Assembly (NCBI GenBank): GCA_017654855.1
Contig: CM030332.1
Coordinates: 4,278,001-4,342,000, forward strand
Length of the DNA: 64,000 nucleotides
Reading direction: 5' to 3'
From: Podospora anserina
Lineage: Eukaryota
Shown here: piece by piece, positions 10,897 through 22,459 of the stretch
How positions within the stretch are numbered: the stretch's first letter is position 1
How the letters are laid out: every line of letters begins with the position of its first letter
Made by a program: the position numbers and the translations under genes
Notes under the pieces: model-generated
Databases searched by the model: none
What the model saw: the letters and a program-made list of their open reading frames with translations, nothing else
Told to the model about the DNA's origin: nothing

Positions 10897-13800
10897 CTAC
10901 TCAGCCTCGGGCAGGCTAAACCTCCTCACCGGCTTCACCGTAATCTTTTTGTGGTACACATTGATATCAACCAGCTCCACATCCAACACCTCCCCAATCT
11001 TGAATTCCTCAATCAGGGCAAAACCCTCCACGTGTTCCACGCCGACCGTAGCCTCCAGGTCGAAATAGTCGAGCTTCCCCTCCAAATCCCGCTTCGGGTT
11101 GATCGTGACAACAGTAAACTTGAACGTCTCGGGCAGCTGGTTCGGATTGTCCCCGAATTTCCACGCGCGCAGCATCGCCTGGAGTATCCATCTCAGATTA
11201 CCCGCATTGTTTCCAAGCGCGGTCGCGTGCACCTCCCGAAGACGAACACGAGGAAGGACAGTCTCCTCCAAAACTTCCTTGGAAAACGGAAGGAACTTGT
11301 GGACGACCTTTGTATTGTCGGAGCAGTGTTCCTCGATCAGGGACCGGCCAAGACGTTGTTCCTCGAGCAGGGCTGCTTCAATTTGCCAGTGGGCGATCAA
11401 ATCGGCGTACCGTCTCAGGGGCGAGGTCACCTTGGAGTAGGCGTCAACACCCATGGAGAAAATGGGGCCGGGGGTGGCCTTCAGCGCCATGTGGCCGCGC
11501 AGATTGTTGAGTTTGTCAAGGTCGGGGCCAATGATGCGCTCTCCGGCGAGGAGTTTGGGGTTGATGACCTTTTCGGTGAATTCTTTCAGTGTTTCCAGGT
11601 TCTCTTTCTTGGTGACCTGGGTGCGGTAGGGAATGGGGATGTTCCGGTCGGCACACCACCTGGCGGCAACCTCGCCGGCAAGTACCATGAGCGGGCCGAC
11701 CAGCTCGTCGCCTGCTGTGGTTGAACCCTCATAGGCCACTCGAATCCAGGGGTCGTTGTAACATTGTATCTGACCCTCTGTTTTGATCGTTTTAACATCC
11801 TCTAGTGCCACCTTGGCTTTCGGACGAGGTGTGAAGGCTGGCTGAGCCCCCTTGGAAAGTCGTTGTTTGTGAATGGCCTGGCCAAGCTGATGCAAAGTCC
11901 TAAGTTCAGATCGGTGTTTCTTTGAAAGATCGCCCGCCGTGACGAGGTTGCGGCTAGGAGGGGACCGCGCTGGGCGGGGGCCAACCTCCAACACTTCATT
12001 TGACGGTGTTGGTGGTTTGTTGATAGGTTCATCGAGTACCAAGGTGACCTCTTCGGGGGTTACGTAGACTACATCTCGTAGAATACCAGGGGTGATTCTA
12101 TAATCCTTCAGGGTGCCGTCGGTCTTGACCAGAGCGCTGAAGGTCAAACTTGGCTGATTCGCGCCCAGAGAAAACGCGTCGCGTACAGCTTCGCCATCAA
12201 ACATATCCTCCTGGAATCCAGGAAGATATACCGTTTCAGCTCGTAGCGACGCTGCCTTGGCCTGAGCACTGTCGGGTCGGACACGCGAAGCAGGGTCGGC
12301 AACGTGCAGATGAACCCAATACTCTTCATCAGTGAGCTTCTCGAGTGAGATGCCGTCATCCACATCGAGCGTCTGCTCCGAGTCAATGCAGTAGACTGTA
12401 GAAACTGCAAAGTCTTGACGGAGATGCTCGAGCTGATCGGGCGCAAGTGGTTCCGGTCTTTCTGCTGATTTGGGTTTCTGCAAATTCAAGCCCGCGTCTC
12501 GGTCAAGCTCCAGTCCTGGAAGACGAAGGGCATAGCGTGGGCTGATGTCCCAAGGAGAAATGTGGCCAATCTCTTGCAAAAACGTCCAGGCGGAACTGCG
12601 ATCAAGCAAGGCATCTTGGTATCGTCCAATGGCGCGCAAGATAGCGGCGCCAACCCAGTGATGTTGCGAAGCAGGTTGAAACCAATCATGGGCTGCCCAC
12701 ATCTCCATGAATTGGATAATGGAGGCACCAAGTCCAGTCCACTCGACAGGCTCAACATCAAGAATGGGAACAGCATCGCTCTTGGCTAGTCCTATTGTGC
12801 CGTGGGGTGTCCATGGGCGATGACGCCGGTTTTGGTCAATGATCTTCCGTACTTTGATTGCAAAGTCTCGAAACTTCATGGCGTCCTGGGCAACTTGACG
12901 AGGAATTCTTCTTGATGAGTTGCCCAGGATTTCGTAAAAGTTACGGACCACTTCAGCAACTTCGTGCACGTTCCGTTGCTTATCAGTCGAGTTCACCGTA
13001 AACATACGGCCTTCGTGGTGACGTTCGCCCAAAAGAGCTGCGCGGAAGGCTGTGTCATCCACCGATACGACCGAGTGAACAGCATAGAGCGCTTCAGGCG
13101 GGAAAGATGCTTTGCCGCGCTTCAGGGTCATTGGGAGCAAGGCGTCAGCAATCTCGTGCAGGCTCATAAGCTTGTCTTCGTCACCAAGCTTTTTTCCTGC
13201 ATTGTTCAGTCTCTCGACATAGGTCTGATGCAGCAGGCGCGCCTCGGTCTGGAATTTGTACATCTTTTTGATCAGACCGGATGCGATATCTCGTGAGGGG
13301 CCTGCATTGATATCCTGGAGTTCGTCAAGAAGGAGGTCGTCCCCGGACAGAGATGGAATAGCACTGATCACGGCACTTATCTCGGCCGGATCCTGCACAA
13401 AGTTCTTGACGACGAAGGAGCTGCGAAACACGCGACTGGTAAACCACTTGCCCGTGTTGGTGTAGAAGTGGTTTTGGCCATTGAAGTTGCCCAAGCAGAC
13501 AGCGAGAAGCCTCACTCTCCAGCCGGAAGAGCTACAGTGATGTATCAGCACTAAGCCTCTGAAACAAGTAATGGTTGGGGTCAAGCTCATACCTGACTTC
13601 CACAAGATCGCCTGGTTCCAACTGCGTGCTTGTGTACCCCAAGCTAGAGATATCACTGCTGTCAAAATCGAAGCCAGCGGTTCGGTTATTGGTCTGGTCG
13701 AGCCTAAAGCTGGAATCACTGACGGCCCGTGTTGCAGAGTTGAGGATGGCGGATGGGGGTGGAGTGGCCTCATCGTGCTGCTGGGGCGTGAGGTCTGGAT

Positions 13801-14059
13801 TTTGTTCCTCCCATAGTCGAAGCTGTGATTTTATGTATGGTTCCCTCCTCAGTCTGAACTTGTCTGGTAATTCTGGCAAAGGGGGCAGCCTCCCCGGGGT
13901 CTGTGCAGAGGTGTTCACCAGGCGGCTTGATATTGGCTGAGATGGCGATAACGGTGCGCATGGCTGCGATATCCGTCCCAGTGGACGTTGGGTTGGGTTC
14001 TTTTGCAATGTCTGGCACCTCCAGCAGACGTAATGCCGTCCGGTTGTTGAGCGCAACAT
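10897..14059 (-). CDS. cyt-4: Mitochondrial RNase II-family exoribonuclease (Cyt-4/Dss1); exons 14059-13593, 13531-10897
   Basis: RNB domain motifs YCIDS..TLDVDDGIS, VHLHVADP and YSKVTSPLRRYADL. The N-terminus MLRSTTGRHYVCWRC resembles a mitochondrial presequence. Intron 13532-13592 joins the two ORFs. Confidence 0.9.
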
Positions 14060-16097
14060 GTCTGTGATACTGCGCGGGGCTGTAAATGACGACACAGCGT
14101 GGGGTTGCGCCAGATGAAGTCAGCCCTGCCAGCAACTTGACGTCCCTAAAATTTTTGGAGGCGCGTTGCGACCCAAAACCTGGCAGGTGGCGGGCACGCG
14201 AAGTCAGCTGATTTCTCGTGGCGCTGTTAATATGGGTCACTGGCTGCTATAACCCTAACCCTCCATCTACTGACCGTTTTCTATCCTTGCATAAATCTTG
14301 ATCTCTTTCGCCATCCCCGTCCGGAAGTCCTCCCCCATACGGAGAGTACCTCCCACGATGTCACCCATCTCCTACGATGTCGATACGATGGGATTGAGAA
14401 CCCTGAAGGGCTTCCATGAACAGCTCCACCTCGTGTCCATGAAGAGGAATTTTGCTCGGGGCCAGAACAGTCATGTTGGGGGAAATGGGCCACGTCGCTC
14501 TTGGCTTCACAAGTAGCAATCCGTTTTGGTGGCCTTTGACCGACGATCAGCATTTTTATCATCACCGCCTCGAGGAGCCCACAGAGTCCAAGACGGTTTC
14601 CCCGGCGCGGGCTCTTGGACGGTTGATGGATGGATTGATTGCAGGGCCGTTTTTGTTTCCAGGGTTTGCTTGCCCACGTTACACCGTTCCTGGATTGGAC
14701 TGCGCGCATCCATGCAAGGTAGGAGACTTGGCCCCCCCACCATCGCGGCGTTTGCTAGGTTTGACACTTCCTGATCTCGCTATTTGTGCGGATTGCCTGC
14801 TCTCTTTGATGGGATGTTTGTTGTTAATTATGCCCTATGTCCTGTGTTATTAGGGATCATAGATGCTGATGAGATTAAGCAGATAAGCACTTCATCCGAT
14901 GCCATCACGCTCTTGTTCTACAGGACGTCACAGTTGCCTGCCGAGTCAGGGGCTGCCAGCCGACAACACGAACGGAGGTTGCCACGATCATCATGCAGCT
15001 AATATACCCGGTTGTTGGGTCCCGTCTTCTGCACCAGAAGGGAAAAAAAAAATTTCGTCAAGGCGATGTTTCGACGTGTGGAATATGGCGAGTTGTTCCA
15101 GAATAAATAATCATAATGCAGACATCTCGAAAAGAACAAGGCGAAACCTGAAACACACAATCCCCCGATCGAGCACGACGGCGTGGAAGGGTGGCCCGGC
15201 TGGCAGTTCTCACAGATTTTAATGTCGCTTAAGTCATTTCCCTCGACGGCGCATCAGCCACTCAGGAGTCGGTCTTTTTTGCCGTGCCTGACCACACGCG
15301 CTAGTCGCCCAATGGGGCTTGGATCTTCTTGGGTTTTTCTTGGGACGTTTCTGGGCGTGATGGAGGTGCCGCAATCTGCTGCAAAGCTGCAACCTCCTTT
15401 TCTTTTCTGGGAGGTGGTCATCTCGTGCTAATTTACCACCTTACTGCCAGAAACCCCAATGCCACATCGAAAGGCTGGAAAAAGAAATCACAGAGAGACA
15501 CGCCCGGCCGCCGCTGCATCTCAACAGCAACGGGATTCACGGGAACCGTTGACGATGATGACGACCGTCCCCCGGATCCATGGCATGGGAGGATCATGAT
15601 GGATTGTTCGAGACATGGCCGGCTCATCCATATCAATAGGAGATCGAGTGATCCCGCAATGTCAATGGCCTCATCTGGGTGTCTGGGTCCCTCTCCTTTT
15701 CATATCTGCTTCTGTTCGTCTGCCATACCCACCCTCCTCGGATCTCCCAGAGCGGACGGCGTTGCTCGGCAAAGTGACCTTTGCTAATGAGAGGTCCACC
15801 ACGAAGGGGAGGGCCTCCACCAGTCAGCGCGGCCGGCACACCGACATGGTCTGTCAGGGTATCTGTCCAGGATTAGGGGACTGAGCATCCACGAAAGCAT
15901 CCATTCAGAGTGGGCTCTGGCCCCTTCCCGATGGAACCTCCTCCATGGCGCCAAGTGGCTGTTGACCCCCAGTCATCACTGGTACTAATTACCGCTGTCC
16001 CCCGTTTCGCCCACTCTGACTTTGCTTCTCCCCCTTTACCGACTTGGTCCGTCCATGTTGATATAGTCAACATCGAGAGCATCGTTTCTGCTTTCGT

Positions 16098-16153
16098 CGT
16101 TCGTTACCTCTCTTTCTCACACCACCGCTTCACTCCTTTAGCGGGCATTCGTT
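16098..16153 (+). promoter_or_regulatory. Cluster of four CNYUCNYU (Ssd1/GUL-1-type) motifs in the probable 5' UTR of the glucanase gene
   Basis: CGTTCGTT at 16098, CTCTCTTT at 16108, CACTCCTT at 16131 and CATTCGTT at 16146, 110-160 nt upstream of the ATG. Function is inferred. Confidence 0.5.
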
Positions 16154-16258
16154 TCTTGGAACGCGATCACGAAGAGTCAAAAAGAAAAAAACCCACTCGA
16201 AAATCTCGGTTTAATTCGATCGTCTGGAATATTGTCGGGGTTTAGGAAAACATTCATC

Positions 16259-17938
16259 ATGAAGGCAGCCGTTGTAGCAGCGGCCGCGGCCGTCCTCGCC
16301 GGCGGTGCGAGCGCCCACAGTCACCGTCACGCCCACAAGGCGCTGTTCCAGAAGAGGTCGCTCAACGACACCGAGGTCTGCGTCCCTACCTGCACCACCA
16401 TCTACAGCACCATCTACGGCGAGGAGACCTGGATCCAGCCCCCTCCCAAGTCCACTGAGGCTCCTGTTCCCGTCCCGGTCATCACCACCACACCCGAACC
16501 CGAGCCAGTTGTTGTCCCAACCACCACCACAACCGAGCCGGCGATCGTTCCCACACCCATCCCGCAGATTTGCCCGACCCCGGGCACCTACACCTTCCCT
16601 GCGACGACCATCGTGGTGACTGAGACTACCACCGTCTGCGCCGCCTCCACCACCGAGGTCCCCAGCGGCACCCACACCCTCGGCGGTGTCACCACCGTCG
16701 TCGAGACCGCCACCGAGATTGTCTGCCCCTACGCCACCACCGAGGTTGAGAACGGCGTTGTCACCAGCGTCATCAAGACCACCACCTTTGTCTGCCCCTC
16801 GGCCGGCACCTACACCATTGCCCCCATCACCACCGTTGTCCCAAGCGTCACCACCGTTGTTGTGCCTGTCGTGACCACCTACTGTCCGGGTACCTACACC
16901 GCTCCTGCCGTTGTCACCACCATCACCGAGACCAACGTTGTGGTCTACTGCCCATTCACCTCCTCCGAGATCCCTGCCCCCACTCCTCAGGCTGTCACCC
17001 CCAAGCCCCAGGCTGCCCCTGAGCCCGCTCCCGCTCCTGCCCCGGCCCCTGAGAAGCCCAAGGCTGTTGCCCCCCCTCCTGCCAGCACTCCTGCCAAGGG
17101 CAAGGGCAGCGTGGGTGGTGGCAAGCTCGGCGGAAAGGGCAAGCACTGGGCCATGACCTACACCCCCTTCCGCCCCGATGGTCACTGCAAGACCTACAGC
17201 GAGGTTGATGCCGATGTCAAGATCATCGCCAGCAAGAACTTCGAGGCTCTCCGCATCTACTCCACCGACTGCGACACCCTCCCCAACGTTGGTGCCGCCG
17301 CTGAGAAGTATGGCCTCCGTCTGATCATTGGTCTCTTCGTCGGCAGCCCCGGTTGCGACAACGGCAACCCCACCATTGCCCAGCAGATCTCTGCTCTCAA
17401 GGAGTGGAAGAAGTGGCACCTTGTCGACCTTTGCGTCGTCGGTAACGAGGCTCTCTTCAACGGCTACTGCTCCGTTCAGCAGCTCGCCGACCTCATTGTC
17501 CACACCAAGAAGGAGCTCGGCTCTGCCGGCTACACTGGCCCCTACACCACCACCGATGTGCTCTCTGCCTTCGAGGCTGGTGACATGTCCCCGGTCTGCA
17601 ACGTCATCGACGTTGTTTCCGCCAACGTCCATGCCTACTTCAACTACCAGACCACTCCTGGTCAGGCCGGCAAGTTCGTTCGCAGCCAGCTCGACGCCGT
17701 CTCCAAGATCTGCGGCGGCAAGCCTTCCTACTGCATGGAAACCGGCTGGCCCACCTCTGGTGTCTGCAACGGTGCCGCTTGCGCCGGTGTTCCCCAGCAG
17801 AAGGAGGCCATTGCCTCCATTGAGCAGGAGATCGGCCAGTCGGTCGTCTTCTTCTCATTCCGTGACGACCCCTGGAAGAACCCCGGTGCTTGCAACTGCG
17901 AGCGGTCGTGGGGCTCTGACAAGGCTTTCGGCTACTAA
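16259..17938 (+). CDS. btgE: Secreted GH17 beta-glucosidase / cell-wall glucanase (BtgE/Scw11-like) with Thr/Cys-rich N-terminal repeats
   Basis: Signal peptide MKAAVVAAAAAVLAGGASA, KR processing site, repeated C-x(1-3)-GTYT units and a Pro-rich linker. The GH17 domain shows LRIYSTDC, VVGNEAL, ANVHAYF and METGWP. Strong codon bias. Confidence 0.88.
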   Translation: MKAAVVAAAAAVLAGGASAHSHRHAHKALFQKRSLNDTEVCVPTCTTIYSTIYGEETWIQPPPKSTEAPVPVPVITTTPEPEPVVVPTTTTTEPAIVPTPIPQICPTPGTYTFPATTIVVTETTTVCAASTTEVPSGTHTLGGVTTVVETATEIVCPYATTEVENGVVTSVIKTTTFVCPSAGTYTIAPITTVVPSVTTVVVPVVTTYCPGTYTAPAVVTTITETNVVVYCPFTSSEIPAPTPQAVTPKPQAAPEPAPAPAPAPEKPKAVAPPPASTPAKGKGSVGGGKLGGKGKHWAMTYTPFRPDGHCKTYSEVDADVKIIASKNFEALRIYSTDCDTLPNVGAAAEKYGLRLIIGLFVGSPGCDNGNPTIAQQISALKEWKKWHLVDLCVVGNEALFNGYCSVQQLADLIVHTKKELGSAGYTGPYTTTDVLSAFEAGDMSPVCNVIDVVSANVHAYFNYQTTPGQAGKFVRSQLDAVSKICGGKPSYCMETGWPTSGVCNGAACAGVPQQKEAIASIEQEIGQSVVFFSFRDDPWKNPGACNCERSWGSDKAFGY

Positions 17939-19960
17939 AGCAACTAGCTTCTGAAGCGGATCGTGGATCATCACACGTTGACTGGTGAGCCAGCTCGTTC
18001 GGAGAAGCTATCACATCAAAGTTTTTGAATATAAAAAAAGTTTCAACTGGCAGTTTTTTCATGGGTCTCTGTTTCTTGTCGTTTCTCCCCCCTTATCTTG
18101 TGTATATATATTTGTGGCGATTTGTTCAAGCGTCCGGTTCCCCCGCCACTGCCAACCGTACATTACCCATCCTTTTTTGGACACAAAGAGACATGAATAG
18201 AGCAGCAGACAAAGCTACAGTTGGAACACAATCAAGAACGGGTGTCAAGTGTCGAAGTTGCGTGGGGTGTGTTGACGAAGTATTGATAGACTTTTCCTTT
18301 ATGGTTTCCTTGTGGGTTCGGTGGGATAAACATTGCGATATTAAGAGGGGTGGGCTGTGTAGGCCTGCCGGAGTGTGATTTCCTTGTCTCCTCTAATTGT
18401 ATAAACTTTCACATGTACATGTAGTGTTTACCATCTCTTTTGTCAAGCACCAGAGTAGTAGCCTTTGCATATTTATCCATTGTGTTAACTTTGCTCTATT
18501 GATCTTGATTGTGGATGACCTAAACTGCACTGTTGTCCAATGCCAAATTGTCTTCAGGATCATTCAACTAGCTTGCTCCCATTTTTCATGATTTGAGTTA
18601 GGTATTCCTGTTGTCATTGAGGTTTGTTGAGTCCGGATCTTCTAATCACATAGGATTCTCTGATCTCTGACCTCGTAGCAACGTTGGTAGACACCGAAGA
18701 GATGGTTCATTTCACCTCGTCCGGCAGCATGTCAGTCCATTCATATCTTTCCTGCAGCTCCCACTAGAAATCATACATACTAATAATACAGTCTAGAACT
18801 AAAGCCCTTCAGAAGCTGAGTCTCGTATCAACAGTCTATAGCCATCCCCATCATGATACTTTGTGTAGATTCTTTCAACTATCATCGCCTGTAATAATAT
18901 TACCTCCAAGCATGCAGTAGTCCACCCATAGCTTTCCAATCTGTCCTGCAAATATAACTACTAGACGGCAAAACACAAAGTAGGTAAGAATCAAAGGGTC
19001 GTAATGAGCAAAAACAACATAGGTAGCCACCGCAACCAGCAGGTAGAAAACTAGTATCTCACATAGCCCCATCCCGTAGAAACCAAAGGGGTAGTAGTAG
19101 ATACACGCATAGGCTTTCTACAGAAAAGCAGAACAGACAACACAAAGTCGTTAGTCTATGTTTGGAAACCGAAAAACTCAAATAACACATCAAGCAGAGC
19201 ATAGTATGTGTCAAAGACTCAAACACGCAAACACATCATTTCACCAAACAAAAAAAACCCAATAAACACATCGAACCCAAGACTTTTTTCTCTGGGGTAA
19301 TACTCACAAAGCCAACGTCAAACGCCCCATTAAAATGCTCAAATGTCTTTTCTTTGTGTGTCATGTAAGAACAAGAGAGGGTGAGTGATATATATATGCA
19401 AATCGGGAATATGTAAACTTGCGCAATGCATTGTACCTTTGTAGAGACAGAGACAGAGAGACGGAGAGAGAGAGAGAGAGAACAAAGTGGGTATCCAAAA
19501 CCGCGCTTTCGATGAAGACAAGACTTTCAAACGAGACAAGAAGGGAAAAAAATCGAAGCAAAACACAATGATCCACCCCCCAATGTGCAACAAAAAAAGA
19601 CAGAAAATATTAAACCACACACTCCCCTCTCCCTCCCCCAATGCGTTCAAAAATACGAAACCCAAAAACAAGAAAATCGTGCTACAAGAAGCACCCACCC
19701 CCTTTTGTCTCCCTCCCGCCCCTTTTTTCACAACAAAAAAGCCCTGCCATAGATCAAAACAAAAAAAAAGCCCGTGTGGTGGTGTTCAATTTCCCACACA
19801 CACGTATTAAGTTCATTAACGTCTTCTTCTCCCCCACCCTCTTCCAAACCAACTAAGCCAACAAAATATGTATTTCGCCCTCTCTCATACCATTCGTTAA
19901 TGTCCCTCTTTATCCGTGTGGAGTGTGTGTTGTGTGCAAAGAAATTAAAAAAGTCCAACT

Positions 19961-19966
<6 letters not shown>

Positions 19967-20013
<47 letters not shown>
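19967..20013. repeat. (TG)n microsatellite, i.e. (CA)n in the 3' UTR of the chitin synthase activator mRNA
   Basis: Perfect dinucleotide run about 60 nt downstream of the stop codon at 20075. Confidence 0.95.
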
Positions 20014-20016
<3 letters not shown>

Positions 20017-20074
20017 GTGCGTATGTCCCCGTCATCATACATTTGTACTTTTCTCTCTCGACCTCCAGCCTTTC

Positions 20075-22459
20075 TCACATTACGATACACTCCTTGTCGT
20101 TATCCGCGTGCTTCTTAATCTTACCATTCCGAGGAGGACCAACTTCCATCGGAGTGCCACCAGAGACCGCCGCACGAATGGCAGCCAGGCGCACCTTCGC
20201 GCGCTCGTCGCCCGCATCGGCCGCCTTGACATACCAAACGTTTGCTTCGAGGATATCTCGTCTGCACCCGATGCCCATTTCAGTGAAATAGCCAACAGCA
20301 TACTGCGCTTTTACATAGCCTGGTCATAAAAGTTAGAATACTGGTTATCTCGGAGAGCAGAGAAGTAACATACCAAGCTCTGCCGACCTCCTCGCCCACT
20401 CATAAGCTTCTTCCTCATCCTTTTCCAGGACTGGCTCTGCCCCAACCATATACCAAGCACAGAGACCCATCATGGCAGCCGCGTGCCCCCTTTCCGCGGC
20501 ACCCGTGTAAAAATGTACGCTCAAAGCTGGATCCCTAGGACAGCCGAGCTTTCCATGCTCATAAGCGTCTCCCATCCTGAAGTTCGCTTCGGGATGCCCC
20601 AAGTCCGCCGCCTGCGTGAAAAGCTCAGCCGCATAACTTTCGTCCAAGAAGATGTCGTCTCCGTATCCAGTCTCGTAGAGGCAGCCGAGGTGGTACGGGG
20701 CGGCATTGTAGATGTTGTCAGCAGCCTCAGCCGCCAGCTTCAACCACTTGATGCCTTCCCTGTACCGCTTCTCTCCCAGATCGCCCGACAAGCACGCTTT
20801 GCCCAACCTCGTCATGGCACCTGGATGCCTCTTGGAAGCAGCTGTGCGGAGAAATTGGACAGCCTTTGCGGGGTCCTTGCGGCAGCCCCAGCCAAACTCG
20901 TAACACAAGGCGGTGCGGTACGCCGATTCTGCGTGGCCGTGCTTGGCAGCGAGTACAAACAGCGGAAATGCCGAATTGTAGTCCTCCTTCCCCTTGCTGA
21001 ACAGACCCGATGCGTAACCATCGGCCAGGTAGTACTGTGCGAAGGGGTAGCCGTTGTTGGACAGCTTCTGGAGAATTGCTCGCGCTTCACGAATCAAGTC
21101 GTGCGGTGAGGAAGGTGAAGGCTGCCCATCAGGTGTGCCGACTTTTGGACTCTTGGTCCGTTTCATGTCCTCGAAGTCAATGCCTTCTTCTTGCGCAGTT
21201 GCGATCAAGAAAACGGCAAACGAATAGAGAATGGAATAGTCGTTTGTCTTCTTGACATTTTGCCGGTACATCTCTAGTGTCTTTTGGGCGCTGAGGAGAG
21301 ACGCATTGTTTCCGACTGCAGAGCGCAACTGCGAATTGTCAAATGTGATGGGCGCTGGCGCAGGTTGAGGATACGGCACATTGAGCAGTTCGGCAAAGGA
21401 GGAAGGCCTCGTTTCTGGAGATTTCCTCGTAGAATGAGCAGACGGTGCCCGATTTCCACTTCCCAGCAAGCCCGGAGACCGCCCTCGCGCTCCATAGTCA
21501 GAGTACACAGAATACGAAGACTGCGGCCGAGGCAACGAGCTCCTTCTGTAGCCATTCGTCGTCGGCGTCAAGTGGCGGTTGATGGCGGCGCCGGTCTCGG
21601 CAAGATTTGGGTTCGACTGCGCTCTTGGATCTTGCTCAACGTTCATACTCGTCGGTCGTGGGAGAAAGGCCGAATGGTGATAGTGCAGCTGTGGCACAGG
21701 TTCTGGCGGAGTGGCGGCATCGTCAATGATGGAACTCACAGTTGACGCATCTGCCGAGTTGTCCTGGCAGTCTGACGGGTCGAGAACACCAGATACTGAA
21801 CTTGCGCTCGTCGTCGCCGAGATGTCAGCCGAGTTTGGCTGCTGGGATGTACTGGCAGTCGTGTTCGACTCCCTACTGTTCCGATTCATGCCTTGCCTCC
21901 TCGAAGTATCGCTCAAACTTAGTTCGTCAAAGTCGGCGCCCAGAATATGGCTGTTGCTTGCCTGGCTAGAGAGAGCTGGACCGGAAGCCGGTAGAGACAT
22001 CGGCATTTTGGTGCCATTTGTTATATTTCGGAGACCCAGCGCATAGGGAGTCGAGCTTTGCTGGAGGCCGTGCTCGTGCACTGGGGTATGCGGTGGGGGG
22101 GTTGGAGCGTCGGGTGTTTTGGGCAAAGCACGGTCGAGGCGGGCGGAGACAGCTGGAGCAGTGGATGCACCACCGGCGGGTCCGCATGCGGAAAGATGTG
22201 TCTCGATGTTGCCCGTCGAGGGCCGGGCCCAGTCGTTGGGTTGGAAATTGACTTTGACAGGCGACACAGGCGATTGTCGTAACCTCGGCGATTCGGACAC
22301 AGCGGGGACGCCAGGCAACGGCTTTGCATTCTCTCCCCAGTCGTACCGGTCAGCCGGCGACACACTGTGCACTGGAACGGGCTTCCGGCGACTGGGGCTG
22401 CTGGTCGAAGTTGATGGAGCCGCTCGCGGCGGAGAAGAAGAGGTGGTGAGGGCCGCCAT
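20075..22459 (-). CDS. SKT5: Chitin synthase activator, Sel1-repeat protein (yeast Chs4/Skt5 homologue); exons 22459-20374, 20319-20075
   Basis: Multiple Sel1 repeats (AQYYLADGYASG, AYRTALCYEFGWG, APYHLGCLYETGYG, ANFRMGDAYEHG), a disordered N-terminus and a C-terminal CaaX box (CIVM). Intron 20320-20373. Confidence 0.92.

Noticed and set aside
16211..17632. 473-aa antisense ORF over the glucanase, and similar long antisense ORFs over cyt-4, HIS1, HSP20 and MEX67
   Set aside because: Shadow ORFs expected from strong C-ending codon bias on the coding strand; no domain signatures.
18600..19300. Somewhat AT- and TAG-rich stretch between convergent genes, possibly an old repeat relic
   Set aside because: No termini, TSD or coding remnant; compatible with ordinary terminator/intergenic sequence.
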